NCBI GenBank assembly: GCA_965209155.1
Contig: OZ242383.1
Location: forward strand, 2,912,001 to 2,976,000
Reading direction: 5' to 3'
DNA from: a bacterium
GTDB taxonomy: Bacteria > SAR324 > NAC60-12
Length of the DNA: 64,000 nucleotides
The notes beneath the pieces are model-generated. The model searched no databases. It was given only the letters and a program-made list of their open reading frames with translations, and was not told where the DNA came from. The translations under genes and the position numbers were made by a program. Shown here one piece after another: positions 31,947 to 43,100 of this stretch. Position 1 is the first letter of the stretch. Each line of letters opens with the position of its first letter.

Positions 31947-33344
31947 TCAGTAACGTTCCATGGTCTTCAGAAACTGCCTCGTCTTTTCCTTCCAAACGTT
32001 TTCATGGAATTTTTGGTCTAAGAATTTCTTCCAGGCCTGACGGGCCTTAAAAAAATTTTCCTGATGGAAATAGATGTATCCGATAATAAAATGAACAAAG
32101 GGATATTGTTCTGGAAAATCTCTGCTCAATTCCTCCAGATCTCGCAATCCTCCGATATAGTCAATGGAATTGGGATTGAATCGGAGAAGCCCTTCATAGG
32201 CTTCGAAAGCTTTTTTATAATTGTTCATGCGCAAATAAGTGATTCCAATGTTCATACGAGCATAACTCAACCCGGCATCCAACTGCAGCGCTTTTTCTCC
32301 ATAATATACAGCCTTTTCATAGTCCCCCAACAAATAATAACCCCATCCCAGATTGCCGTGTATGAAAGGGTCTTCGATGTACTGTAGCGCTTGTTGATAG
32401 GAGTCTATGGATCTTCGAACCAGGGAAAGGTCGTATTTCGCCAGTCCATCCGGTTGCAGTTTATATCCCTGGAAATAGTAAATGGTGGCAATTTCCTGAT
32501 GAAGCAACCCTAACTCCTGGGGATCGTCTGTTTCATTCAAACCGCTTTGCAGGGCATCCAGGGCATCCGAATGCAGCCGCAGATTGTGCATCCCCCGCCC
32601 CACTAAATAATAATATTGGCTCTTGCCTTGAATGACTTGATTTGAAATACGCGGATAACGCAAACGATTCAAAATATCAATCCAGTGATCTTCTAACGTG
32701 ACCGGCCCTTCTTTCCGAGAGGAAAAAAGATCTAAGAATTCATCCATCTGGCGGCTCAGAATCGACCACAACTCTCCCTGTTCCAATGCATAACGTTGTC
32801 CCGATGGCCGTCCTGTTGTCCAAAATCGCTCCCACCAGGATGAGGCTTCTTGAGATTCTCTCTCTTGCTGTTGTAAGGACATCAACAACATTTCGGAGAG
32901 GTCAAATTGCCGGGGAAAGAGAAGCACGATCATACAGTAAAGGCAGATCAAAATGAGCATTGTCGATCCAACAGTCTTCCACAATACAGCATGGAGAGAC
33001 CGGGCGGGCCTTTGGGAGTCGGGAAAAATTCTCAAGGTGATCGATCGCTCCCAAGCTTGTTTTGCCTGCTCAGGAGCGTGATTGTCATAGAGTTTATTTC
33101 CCAGACGATAATACCCTTCCGCACTCTCATGGGGATTTTGCTTTGCCAGTAATTCCAGTTGAGATATCGCCTGTTCGTATTTTGTCCTGAAACTCAGCTT
33201 TTGTGTTCGCTTCACTTTGTTTTGCTTGTTTGAATTTTTTTCCTCTCCCAAACTGAGCGGTTTGATCGACTTAACACTGCTGATTATTGGCAGTACCAAC
33301 CGTTGATACCCTGTCCGTAGAATTTTTTTCATACTCTGCCGCAT
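31947..33344 (-). CDS. Membrane-anchored TPR protein
   Basis: One TM segment; TPR motifs (NLGWGYYLLGDYEKA, NIGITYL). Confidence 0.75.
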   Translation of the reverse strand: MRQSMKKILRTGYQRLVLPIISSVKSIKPLSLGEEKNSNKQNKVKRTQKLSFRTKYEQAISQLELLAKQNPHESAEGYYRLGNKLYDNHAPEQAKQAWERSITLRIFPDSQRPARSLHAVLWKTVGSTMLILICLYCMIVLLFPRQFDLSEMLLMSLQQQERESQEASSWWERFWTTGRPSGQRYALEQGELWSILSRQMDEFLDLFSSRKEGPVTLEDHWIDILNRLRYPRISNQVIQGKSQYYYLVGRGMHNLRLHSDALDALQSGLNETDDPQELGLLHQEIATIYYFQGYKLQPDGLAKYDLSLVRRSIDSYQQALQYIEDPFIHGNLGWGYYLLGDYEKAVYYGEKALQLDAGLSYARMNIGITYLRMNNYKKAFEAYEGLLRFNPNSIDYIGGLRDLEELSRDFPEQYPFVHFIIGYIYFHQENFFKARQAWKKFLDQKFHENVWKEKTRQFLKTMERY

Positions 33345-33719
33345 AGGAATTCAAGTATTACGCAAGACGATATCTTCTGAAAAAAGGCATGTAAAGGGAA
33401 ATTTACGAAGCATTTATTTGATTTTTTAGCGGGTTTCCTGAGGGGATGGGGAAGAGATTCATTATCTCTTGTTGCACTTGATAACCAGTTTGTTTATAAA
33501 CCAAGGATCTTGAATCGGTTCAAGCGTTGCAGATTATCAACTATTAATGATAAACGGTTTGTAGTAGAAATCGGGGCATCCGCTTGCGGCAAGACAACCC
33601 TGCAAAATGTTTTTGCTGGATTTTTAAAGCCTGCGAAAGGGATAATATTTTACCTAGCCGAGTCCAAGCGGCGCAGGGAAGCAGCAGGCGCTCCCCCCGT
33701 TTTATATGCCAATCATCAA

Positions 33720-34409
33720 TTATTCCCGGGTCATTCCGAGTAGACTGAGCAAATGGATGAACAAATTAAATATATCCAGAAACAACGATACCGTTGCACT
33801 GACATAATCTTCGGTGCTGTAACGACGTATTATGTTGGACGTGTCATATAAAATAAAACAGCTGAACAACAACACGCCAGCAGCAGAAAACACAAAGTGC
33901 ATTACTGAGCTTTGCAGGAAGATATTGATCAGTCCTCCTACTATCAGGATGATCAATCCAGTTATTAAAAATCCCGACATGAAGCTGAAATCTTTTTTGG
34001 ATATGATCACATAAGCTGTTAATCCGATAAAGGTGATTGTTGTCAGCGCCAGCGCTTCCACTACGACCCCTCCAGCTCCCGCAGCAATATACATGCTCAG
34101 CATGGGACCAATCATCAGCCCCGCAATTGTCGTAAAGCTGAAGAGAGCAACCATGTTCAGACCTGGTTTGCGTTGGGCGTACATCAGGAAAAAGAAGGCG
34201 CCAATGAATAATACGAAGGTCAGCCATCCCGCGGAAGCGACAACCGGCAATAAGGGTCCCATTCCCAAAAAAGCTCCGACTGTTGCCGATAACAACGATG
34301 CGGCCAGCAATCCGTATACTTTTTTAAGAAACGCGAGGCGCTCTCCTACAGAAACGCTGGCAGCTGTTTGTATATTTCGATATGGAACTGTTTCTTCTCG
34401 ACCAAACAT
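33720..34409 (-). CDS. Bax inhibitor-1/YccA family membrane protein
   Basis: FLKKVY, seven TM segments, KDFSFM, ILYDT, LFLDIFNLF. Confidence 0.93.
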   Translation of the reverse strand: MFGREETVPYRNIQTAASVSVGERLAFLKKVYGLLAASLLSATVGAFLGMGPLLPVVASAGWLTFVLFIGAFFFLMYAQRKPGLNMVALFSFTTIAGLMIGPMLSMYIAAGAGGVVVEALALTTITFIGLTAYVIISKKDFSFMSGFLITGLIILIVGGLINIFLQSSVMHFVFSAAGVLLFSCFILYDTSNIIRRYSTEDYVSATVSLFLDIFNLFIHLLSLLGMTRE

Positions 34410-34495
34410 ATATTTCTCCTCAAATTGTATTTGTTAATGATTTTTTAAAAAACTTATTTCCTTAAATAATACCATGGCTTATCGTTAAAACAAAG

Positions 34496-35326
34496 CTAGT
34501 GATTATCATACGCCAAATAGGCTTTCAGAAAAACCAACACTTTTGCAGAAAAAAGGGGGCCCCGTCGATATAAAAATTGCTGGGCGGAAGTGTAATCGTG
34601 TAAATAAACTCTCTTTCCCATTTTCAATTCCCCATTGGAGTCGCGAACAGGCGGCCTTTCGGCGTTTGCGTCCTGGACCAGCATTTGAAAATCAATGGCT
34701 TCGATTTCTGCGGATAATCCTGTTGCAACCCGTGTCAAAGGCAATTGGTACAAAGGTTCAATAAGATGGAATCCTAAAAAGTTAGCCAAAGCAATGTATT
34801 TTTCGTCCTCTTGCGTAATCACCCAATTTATGAATTCACGACGAAGATTTTCAAAATCCGGATGCGATGTATTTATTTCACTCGCCGAAACTGCTTTGTT
34901 TTCCACATAATCTTTCGCAAGTACAACACAGAATTGAATAAAACTATTGCTATTCAATAAAGGTTCGTATTTGAAGAATCGAGTTGAAAATTCATTCAAG
35001 ACCTCACGACCCATTTTGAACTGGTCCAATCGCTCCAGATCAATCTCCATTTCCTCGATCCTCGCCAATAACATGTCGTTTTCAGTTTGCAGGAAATGCT
35101 GGATGTTGACGTTTTCACTTTCTTCGGGAAGGTCTTCTGAAAATGATGAGGAAATGGACTCATCTTTTGTATCGAAGGAAGGATCAAGGCTGATTTCCAG
35201 AGGAGATTTCTGTTGTGCTTTCCAGTAGGAATACAAATAGTATCCACCCACCACCAAACCTGCGATCATGACGAATATAAATACATTCATTCCCCATGAG
35301 GTTTGATTTTTTGTTGAAGCTTGCAT
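34496..35326 (-). CDS. Hypothetical membrane-anchored protein with coiled coil
   Basis: N-terminal TM segment; SD GAGGAG 8 nt before ATG 35326; follows argG. Confidence 0.75.
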   Translation of the reverse strand: MQASTKNQTSWGMNVFIFVMIAGLVVGGYYLYSYWKAQQKSPLEISLDPSFDTKDESISSSFSEDLPEESENVNIQHFLQTENDMLLARIEEMEIDLERLDQFKMGREVLNEFSTRFFKYEPLLNSNSFIQFCVVLAKDYVENKAVSASEINTSHPDFENLRREFINWVITQEDEKYIALANFLGFHLIEPLYQLPLTRVATGLSAEIEAIDFQMLVQDANAERPPVRDSNGELKMGKRVYLHDYTSAQQFLYRRGPLFSAKVLVFLKAYLAYDNH

Positions 35327-35346
35327 GAAATTCACTCCTCATAAGA

Positions 35347-36570
35347 TCAGGAATCCTTTTTATTCAAGACCTTATGATGTATTTTCAAAGGCAATGCGTT
35401 CAATTTGATAAATCCCACGGCATCCTGAGGATTATAAATCCCTCCATCCGCTTCCATAGTCGCTATATCCGCATCATACAAACTGCAGGGGGAACGTCTT
35501 CCTGTCACCATGCAATTACCTTTATATAACTCCAAACGCACAGTGCCTGTGACATTTTCCTGGGTTTGGTGAACCATGTTCAACAAAATCCGCATCTCTG
35601 GAGAAAACCAGAAGCCATTATAAACCAAACCGGCAAAGCGAGGCATGAGAGAATCTTTCAGCCGGATCACGTCACGGTCCAGTGTGATCGATTCCATGGC
35701 ACGGTGGGCGATGTGGAGAATGGTACCCCCTGGTGTTTCATAGACCCCCCGATTTTTCATGCCAATAAAACGAGATTCCACCATGTCGATGCGACCTATA
35801 CCATGCATTCCTCCAATCAGGTTGAGACGTGCTAATAATTTTTCGGGAGAATGCGCTTGACCATCGACCGCTACGGGGACTCCGGCTTCAAAATCTATGA
35901 GGATTTCTTGGGTTTGCTCAGGAGCATCCTGTGGGGATCGAGTCAGTTCAAACATATCTTGATCAGGCGCCTGCCATGGATCTTCCAGCATGCCCGATTC
36001 AAAGCTGATATGCATCAAATTTTCATCAGAACTCCAAGGCCGTTCCTGAGTAGCCTTGACGAGGATCTGGTGGGTTTCGGCATATGCCAGTAATTCAGCC
36101 CGGCCTGGATATTTCATGTAAAATTCTGGCATTTTCCAAGGCGCAACGACGCGTATTTCCGGATTGAGGGAGTAGTATGAAAGTTCAAAACGCACCTGGT
36201 CATTTCCTTTTCCGGTTGCCCCGTGCGCAACGGCGGTGGCTCCTTTTTGAGCTGCGACTTCAATTTGCTTTTTAGCAATTAAAGGACGGGCCAGCGAGGT
36301 TCCCAGCAAATAGGTACCTTCATACACTGCATTCCATTGAAGCGCCGGGATAATATAATCCCGCACAAATTCCTCTTCAACATTTTCAATCAATACTTCC
36401 TTAGCGCCCGCTTGCAGTCCTTTCAGTCGGATCTCATTCAGGTCTTCTACTTTTTGCCCCAAATCCAAACATAAGGCAATCACTTCATATTCCTGCGCAT
36501 TGAGCCAGTGAGCCAATACGGAAGTGTCCAATCCACCTGAGTAGGCTAACACCAATTTTTCTTTTGACAT
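35347..36570 (-). CDS. argG: Argininosuccinate synthase
   Basis: LAYSGGLDTS, HGATGKGNDQVRF, SSDENLMHISFE, RGVYETPGG. Confidence 0.98.
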   Translation of the reverse strand: MSKEKLVLAYSGGLDTSVLAHWLNAQEYEVIALCLDLGQKVEDLNEIRLKGLQAGAKEVLIENVEEEFVRDYIIPALQWNAVYEGTYLLGTSLARPLIAKKQIEVAAQKGATAVAHGATGKGNDQVRFELSYYSLNPEIRVVAPWKMPEFYMKYPGRAELLAYAETHQILVKATQERPWSSDENLMHISFESGMLEDPWQAPDQDMFELTRSPQDAPEQTQEILIDFEAGVPVAVDGQAHSPEKLLARLNLIGGMHGIGRIDMVESRFIGMKNRGVYETPGGTILHIAHRAMESITLDRDVIRLKDSLMPRFAGLVYNGFWFSPEMRILLNMVHQTQENVTGTVRLELYKGNCMVTGRRSPCSLYDADIATMEADGGIYNPQDAVGFIKLNALPLKIHHKVLNKKDS

Positions 36571-36633
36571 GTTCAATCTTTTCGAGAATGGGTCGATAGG
36601 ATGATTTATTCTACTGTGCGTTTTCAGCCGGGG

Positions 36634-37581
36634 TCAAAATTCCTGCTCTGCCAACCAGCGCTCCGCATCCATGGCAGCCATACACCCGCTTCCGGCAGCT
36701 GTAACTGCTTGACGATATACATGATCTTGCACATCTCCGCAAGCAAATACTCCCTCAACCGAAGTATGAGAGGTACCGGGTTTTACGACAACATAGCCAT
36801 TTTCATCCAGGATTAATTGATTGCGAAACAAGGAAGTGTTGGGGATGTGTCCTATGGCAACAAACAATCCGGTGAATGGGTATGTTTTCACCTTGCGGGA
36901 TCCCAGATCTCTCACTTTCAGTGCTGTCATTCCTCTTTGTTCATCTCCAAGGACTTCCTCGACTACTGAGTTCCAGATAAATTCAATTTTTTCATGCTTA
37001 AAAGCTCGTTGCTGCATGATTTGACTGGCACGAAGTGTCTCCCGTCTGTGAATGACATGCACGCTTTTACATAGATTGGCCAGATAGAGGGCTTCTTCCA
37101 TTGCAGTATCTCCCCCTCCGACCACCGCCACATCCTGTTGCCGGAAAAAAAAGCCGTCACAAGTTGCGCAGGCGGAGACCCCCTTATTTTTGAAGTGTTC
37201 TTCTGATTCCAATCCCAACCATCGTGCTGAAGCACCTGTGGAAATAATCAAGGCGTCACAATTGAGTGAGGAATCGGCAGTCGTCAATTGAAAGGGGTGT
37301 TGCGACAAGTCCGCTTTTTCAACTTCACCCGTATAAAAATGGGTCCCGAATCGTGCAGCCTGAGCCCGGAACAAATCCATCATCTCGGGTCCTTGTAATC
37401 CGTCAGGGAAGCCCGGATAATTTTCAACGTCAGTTGTAATAGTTAATTGACCACCAGGTTCCAATCCCGAAACAACTGCAGGCTGCAAATTGGCGCGTGC
37501 TGCATAAATTGCTGCAGTCAGACCGGCAGGCCCCGAACCCAAAATGAGTACTTTGTGATGTTGCAGATCAGAATTTTTCAT
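36634..37581 (-). CDS. trxB: Thioredoxin reductase
   Basis: GSGPAG, CATCDG, GGGDTAMEE, GDVQDHVYRQA. Confidence 0.98.
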   Translation of the reverse strand: MKNSDLQHHKVLILGSGPAGLTAAIYAARANLQPAVVSGLEPGGQLTITTDVENYPGFPDGLQGPEMMDLFRAQAARFGTHFYTGEVEKADLSQHPFQLTTADSSLNCDALIISTGASARWLGLESEEHFKNKGVSACATCDGFFFRQQDVAVVGGGDTAMEEALYLANLCKSVHVIHRRETLRASQIMQQRAFKHEKIEFIWNSVVEEVLGDEQRGMTALKVRDLGSRKVKTYPFTGLFVAIGHIPNTSLFRNQLILDENGYVVVKPGTSHTSVEGVFACGDVQDHVYRQAVTAAGSGCMAAMDAERWLAEQEF

Positions 37582-37604
37582 AATCAGGGTTTCCTGGATA
37601 ATGA

Positions 37605-38501
37605 TTAATGTGGCGGCTCCCTTCGATCAGAAACCTCATCGCCAGAAGTCTTAAAAGTCGGATCCCATAGTTTTTCGTATGCTTGATAGACTTCGGGCGC
37701 CTGGCGTCTGAGCAACTTTTGAGCTTCCTCCACTCTATCAAACTGCCCACGGATTTTCATTTTATGGATTCGCATGACCGCATCATAAATTTTCAGTGCT
37801 GCCACATGTTCTAAATTCTCACCTCGGATTTGAGGACACTCCAATTCCGGCATTCCTTGCCGAATCCATTCATAAATCGGTGCCATATAAGGTCCCTCTT
37901 CAACAATCAGCTGCTTAAAATCCACATCCTTGACCACAAGCGATTTCAGTAAGGAGGGAGCTATCATCCAGGCTTTGACAAAAAACAGCTTTGCCTGAAA
38001 TCTATCCCTCGCCTGCCATAATGCGTTAGCATAATGAACCAAAAGGCAGGGTTCATAGGGATATCTCTCCAATAGTGGAGCAAATGCTTCTACTGCACGA
38101 GAATATTCCTCCAATTTACAATAAATCTCTCCAAGACAGAGTCCCGAATCACTGAATAAATGGTTATCAAAACGCTCTACGTCTTGAGCCAGTTTTCTCA
38201 ACAAGGCTTGCTTCAAAACTGACGCATATGCAGTTGCGCCAAAATCATATTCACAAATGGATTGCCACAACAACTCACAAGCTCTTACTCGATCCAATCG
38301 CCTTTGTTTTCTGAAAATCGATGCCCAATCACGGCAGAGAACAACCCCGTGTTGCGCTTCCTGGTGAGTATCGAATTGCCGTAATACCTCTCGAAAAAGT
38401 CGCAGAGCATTTTCAAAATCCAATTGTCTCAGGGTATCAAACCCACATGCAATCAGATCAGATTCTGGTGAGAAAAGTTCTAACTGTTGCAGGTTTGCCA
38501 T
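37605..38501 (-). CDS. TPR-like hypothetical protein
   Basis: 298-aa helical-repeat ORF (LGEIYCKLEEYSRA, YANALWQ). Confidence 0.7.
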   Translation of the reverse strand: MANLQQLELFSPESDLIACGFDTLRQLDFENALRLFREVLRQFDTHQEAQHGVVLCRDWASIFRKQRRLDRVRACELLWQSICEYDFGATAYASVLKQALLRKLAQDVERFDNHLFSDSGLCLGEIYCKLEEYSRAVEAFAPLLERYPYEPCLLVHYANALWQARDRFQAKLFFVKAWMIAPSLLKSLVVKDVDFKQLIVEEGPYMAPIYEWIRQGMPELECPQIRGENLEHVAALKIYDAVMRIHKMKIRGQFDRVEEAQKLLRRQAPEVYQAYEKLWDPTFKTSGDEVSDRREPPH

Positions 38502-38616
38502 GAAAGGGAAACGTGTATCTTGGCACGGTAACTGGAGAGGGAATTGCTAAATCAGGTAACAATCTAGCAAACTCTGAAAAAAAGTCAAAATCCTTTTTCC
38601 CTCAACTTTCTCCTCG

Positions 38617-38955
38617 TTGCCAGGCAGCATTTTTTCTTATATTTTGTCAGGGAACAAATATGGTTGCTCCGCTTTGGGGTTTAACATTGCATCCTGCATC
38701 CTCGGTTCCATAGGGATTGGTCTGGAAGATAAAACCATTGTGCTTTACCTCAGCGCATTGGATATTTATATCGAAAATGCCAGACAAAACGAGGAGTTTT
38801 CGGAACTGTATTTTACCTTGAAGATTTCTGTAAACGATGATCTTTGTGATCTGGTCGATAACGAAGTATATTATCAAATCCAATACGAACTGAATCACAC
38901 CAATTCTGATTTTTTGGGAAAAATCTTTACTTTCTCCGTCAATGCAGGACGATAA
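38617..38955 (+). other. Possible gene fragment or hypothetical protein
   Basis: C-terminal 75 aa look protein-like; start unconvincing. Confidence 0.25.
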
Positions 38956-39267
38956 ATAGAGGAAATGCTGCGACAATGATAATCAAAAGACTTACGAATG
39001 GTAACATTGCGCTTGATTCTATATCTGTCTCAAGAGTAATAGTGCAGGATCTTCAACGCTGTACTCTGGACGTGTTTCATCCCTCTTGAAAGTTTTAATG
39101 ATCGTTTTGCTTTCCCTCGTCACGCGCATCGCAATCATCAGTCGCAGGGATTGACCACATCGGATTAATCCATCTTTCCTGGTATTCAGGGAGACATTTG
39201 ACTTGCAAAAGGAGGCTGGGACTCTCCGGCTTCAGCACTAACTATCAACAACTAAGGACGCGTTTTT

Positions 39268-39984
39268 ATGCCCGCGGCAGTACTGATTACCGGAGCTTCA
39301 CGTCGAATTGGAAAAGCGATTGCGCATGGATTGGCCCAGGATGGGTACAACGTCTTGTTACATTATTTCCATTCGGTGGAAGCAGCCAGAGAAACAGCGA
39401 AAAAAATAAAAACCAGTGGCGTTGACTGCCATTTGCTCAAGGCAGATCTTTCCAGTTCTCGCCAGGTTCAAGAGTTGCTCCGTCAATCTTTTCAACTCGA
39501 ACCGCATTGCAACCTGCTGATCAACAATGCGGCCGTGTTTGAAGCAGGTTCTTTGATGAATACCACGGAAATCTTGTTGGAGCGCACATGGCAAGTGAAT
39601 TTGAAAGCACCATGGTTGCTGACCCGGGGATTTGGCCGATTCTGTTCTGCGGAAGGAAGCATTGTCAATTTACTCGACACACGGATTACTCAATACTCCT
39701 CGACTCACTTTGCCTATTCTCTGAGCAAGAAAATGCTCTATGAATTGACCAAAATGGCAGCACTGGAATTGGCGCCGCGTATCCGGGTAAATGGTATTTG
39801 TCCCGGATTTATCCTTCCTCCGGAAGGAAAAGGTTCTCATTTTCTGAAAATGAAAAGCGAAGAAATTCCGCTCAAGCATTGCGGCAATGTAGACGACGTA
39901 GTGCGCGCCGTTCGTTTTCTACGGGATAGCGACTTTGTCACGGGCGATTGCTTGTTTCTCGATGGCGGTGAACATCTGGGTTAG
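39268..39984 (+). CDS. SDR oxidoreductase, pteridine reductase (FolM/PTR1-like)
   Basis: TGASRRIG, NNAAVF, YSLSK, RVNGICPG, LDGG. Confidence 0.88.
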   Translation: MPAAVLITGASRRIGKAIAHGLAQDGYNVLLHYFHSVEAARETAKKIKTSGVDCHLLKADLSSSRQVQELLRQSFQLEPHCNLLINNAAVFEAGSLMNTTEILLERTWQVNLKAPWLLTRGFGRFCSAEGSIVNLLDTRITQYSSTHFAYSLSKKMLYELTKMAALELAPRIRVNGICPGFILPPEGKGSHFLKMKSEEIPLKHCGNVDDVVRAVRFLRDSDFVTGDCLFLDGGEHLG

Positions 39985-40034
39985 TACCCGATCCCAACTG
40001 CAAAGCAATCGCCGTACCGAAAAAGTGGATCAAA

Positions 40035-40134
40035 TTGACAGATTGCTTTCTATTTTTTTACTATTTACTCGCTTAATCAATACAATCCAGCTGCTAACGT
40101 TTCAGAGGGATTGCTTTCTATTTGCTATCGCAAT
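40035..40134 (+). promoter_or_regulatory. Sigma70-like promoter with two ATTGCtttCTATTT boxes (unit 1)
   Basis: TTGACA-N18-TACTAT; boxes at 40042 and 40110; same layout at 54124-54223. Confidence 0.55.
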
Positions 40135-40146
40135 CAGGCTAGAGTC

Positions 40147-43100
40147 ATGAAAGACAAAATCACTGAACAGGCTGTCGAGTCCCTCAACCCCGGGACTAAA
40201 GACCGTTTCCTATGGGACACCGAGTTGCCAATGTTCGGCTGTAATATAACTCCCAAGGGCAGACGGGTCTACCTCTTGCAATACCGCATCAATGGACGTT
40301 CGAGTCGGTATACCATTGGTATTCATGGGGCATAGACCGACAGGGAGGCCCGAAAAATCGCTAAAAGGCTGCTGCATCATATTGCCCTGGGTCGCGATCC
40401 GGCGGATAGGAAGAAGAATAAAGGGGATCAAACGGATGGTAAGATTCAAAACAGTTCTCAACGCCGCAAGGAGCAGGTTGTTAATCCCAAAACGTCTAAC
40501 ATACGCGTAAATCCGCGTAAATCTGCGGCTAAAGCTAATAAAGTGTCTCCTGTACCTCCAAAACCGGTTGTGAACAAAACGAAGCCCATTTCCGGTCCGG
40601 AAAAACCGGAGATTCCGGGTTATTCGCTGGAGGAGGTCATTTTTGAAAGTGGGCGGACCTAGCTTAGGCGAGGCAGGCGACAAAGCGACGGGCTTTTGGT
40701 TCTGATCAAGGTAGCGGTTTCCGAGCAAAGTGCGCAGGAGCTGGCGGAAATGCGGCATGAGTATGAGATCACCCGGGCTCTCGAGATCAATGGGGTTCTC
40801 AGGGCAGAGGAAGTAGTGCGGTGTGAAAACGGATGGGCTTTGATCCTGGAAAACACAGAAGGGCTCCCTTTAAGAAAGCTGATGGATACCGCCCGCCTTG
40901 ATCTGCTGGACTCGCTTAAGGTAGCGGTTTCACTGACCGGCATCCTGAAAGAAGTGCACCGGTAGGACATCTTGCATAATATGATCAACCCGTTCAATAT
41001 TTTTGTCGATCCGGGAACAAGGACGGTCAAATTGAGCGGCTTCGGCCTGGCCACCCGGCTTCCACGGGAAAATTCGACGACGTTGAGTCCCCGGCTAAGC
41101 AGGGAAACCCTGCCCTATATTTCTCCCGAGCAGACCGGCCGGATGAACCGCCCCCTCGATTATCGCAGTGATTTTTATTCCCTGGGTGCCACCCTTTATG
41201 AACTTTTCAGCGGGAAAGTCCCTTTTGGGTCCCGGGAGGCCATGGAAATCATCCACGCTCACATTGCCCGGCAACCTGTACCGCCTGACGAGATTGAACC
41301 GCAAGTACCCAGAGTCCTTTCTAATATGGTGATGAAACTGGTGGCCAAGCGTGCCGAGGCGCGCTACCAGAGTCACTCGGGCCTTTCAGCCGATCTCCTG
41401 ACATGTCTGGAGCAACTGGAAAACAATGGATACGTGTCCGACTTTCCCCTGGGCCGTCAGGACGTTCCCAAAGAATTGCAGATCGCCCCGGGGCTTTACG
41501 GCAGGGAGGATGAAATCACTGCCCTGGAAGCCGCCCTGGAGCGAGTCAGCCAGGGAGCGACCGAGATGGTGCTGGTCTCGGGAATCGCTGGTGTCGGCAA
41601 AACCGCTCTGGTCGGTGAAATTCACCGGTCCGTTGCCTAAAAAAACGGTTTCTTCCTCTCCGGCAAGTTTGACCAGCTCCGGCACAATATTCCTTACAGT
41701 GCACTGATCCAGGCGCTGCGGGGACTGATCCGTGAGGTATCAGTCAAAGAGAAATCTGGAATGGAGCGTTGGAAAAGCAGGATACGGGCTGCCCTGGGAC
41801 CTAGCGGACAACTGGTGACCCGGGTGATCCCGGAACTGGAACAGGTGATCGGCCCGTAACCCCTGCTGCCGGAAATGGGAGCGCTGGAGTCCCGCAACCG
41901 CTTTACTGCCATTTTACTGGATTTCATCTCTGTTTTCTGTGAAAAAAACCATCCCCTGGTTATTTTTCTGGACGACTTGCAGTGGGTGGACGCCGATACC
42001 CTCAAGCTGGTGGAACGCATTGCTCGGGATCCGGAGAGGAAACCTCTGCTTTTCCTGGGAGCCTATCGCGACAACGAGGTGGAGGCCGATCACCGGTTGT
42101 CGATCAGTTGTGAGGTGATCAAAAAAACTGGCCAGCCGCTGCAGACGATCCCCTTAAAGCCCCTCAACCCGGATGACATCTCACAACTGCTCGTCCATAC
42201 CTGCCACTGCCGTCCTGAGGAGGCCAAACCGCTGGCCGAACTCCTGGCGCGCAAAACCGGCGGCAATCCCTTCTTTGTGGGCCAGTTTTTGACCGTACTC
42301 TCCGAGAAGGAGCTGATCTGCTACTCCCCTGAGGAAAAACGATGGATCTGGGAGCTGGCTGCCATCGAATTCCTGGCGGTGACCGAGAATGTGGTGGCGT
42401 TGCTGGTTGACCGGCTCCACCGGTTTTCCTCTGAAACCAGGAAACTCTTAAGCCTGGCGGCCTGCATCGGCTTTTCCCAGGCCCCGCAGCCGGATAATCC
42501 CCCGGACGGAGCGAGCACGGAGAGCAACAGCTACAAATTCCTGCATGACCGGGTGCAGTAGGCTGCCTATGACCTCATTGCCCAAAAAGAGAAACAGCCG
42601 GTCCATCTTCGCATCGGTCAGGCCCTGCTCAAGCAATACGCTCCGGAGAAAGGTGAAGATCTGCTTTTTGACATCGTCCATCATCTCAACCTGGCCCGGA
42701 GGGTGAAGGATAAATGGAAAGAACGATCGCAGCTGGCAGAACTCAACCTGGAAGCCGGTCGTCAGGCCAGGGCGGCTTCGGCTTTTGAACAGGCCCTGGA
42801 ATATTTTACCGTGGGACTGGAGCTTTTAGGGGATGCCGCCTGGAAACGGCATTACCCCCTGGCCTTATCTCTGCATGAGGAAGCCACGGAGATGTCATGG
42901 CTCTGCGGACGCTTCGAGTTGATGGAGAAGCTAGCCGGTGCCGTAAAAGAAAACGTCCGAGAGGACCCGGACCTGGCTAATGTTTATCAATGCCTGATCA
43001 AGGCGTACACCAACCAGGGTGAATTAAAGAAGGCCCTGAAAACGGGCGAGGAGATTCTGGAGAAACTGGGGTATCAACTGAGCCGTCTGTCTCTCGACCA

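Noticed and set aside
40147..42561. Stop-codon recoding (pyrrolysine or alternative code) to explain the in-frame stops
   Set aside because: The stops mix TAG and TAA and replace Leu, Trp and Gln by single-base changes; ordinary genes here end in TAG, TAA and TGA
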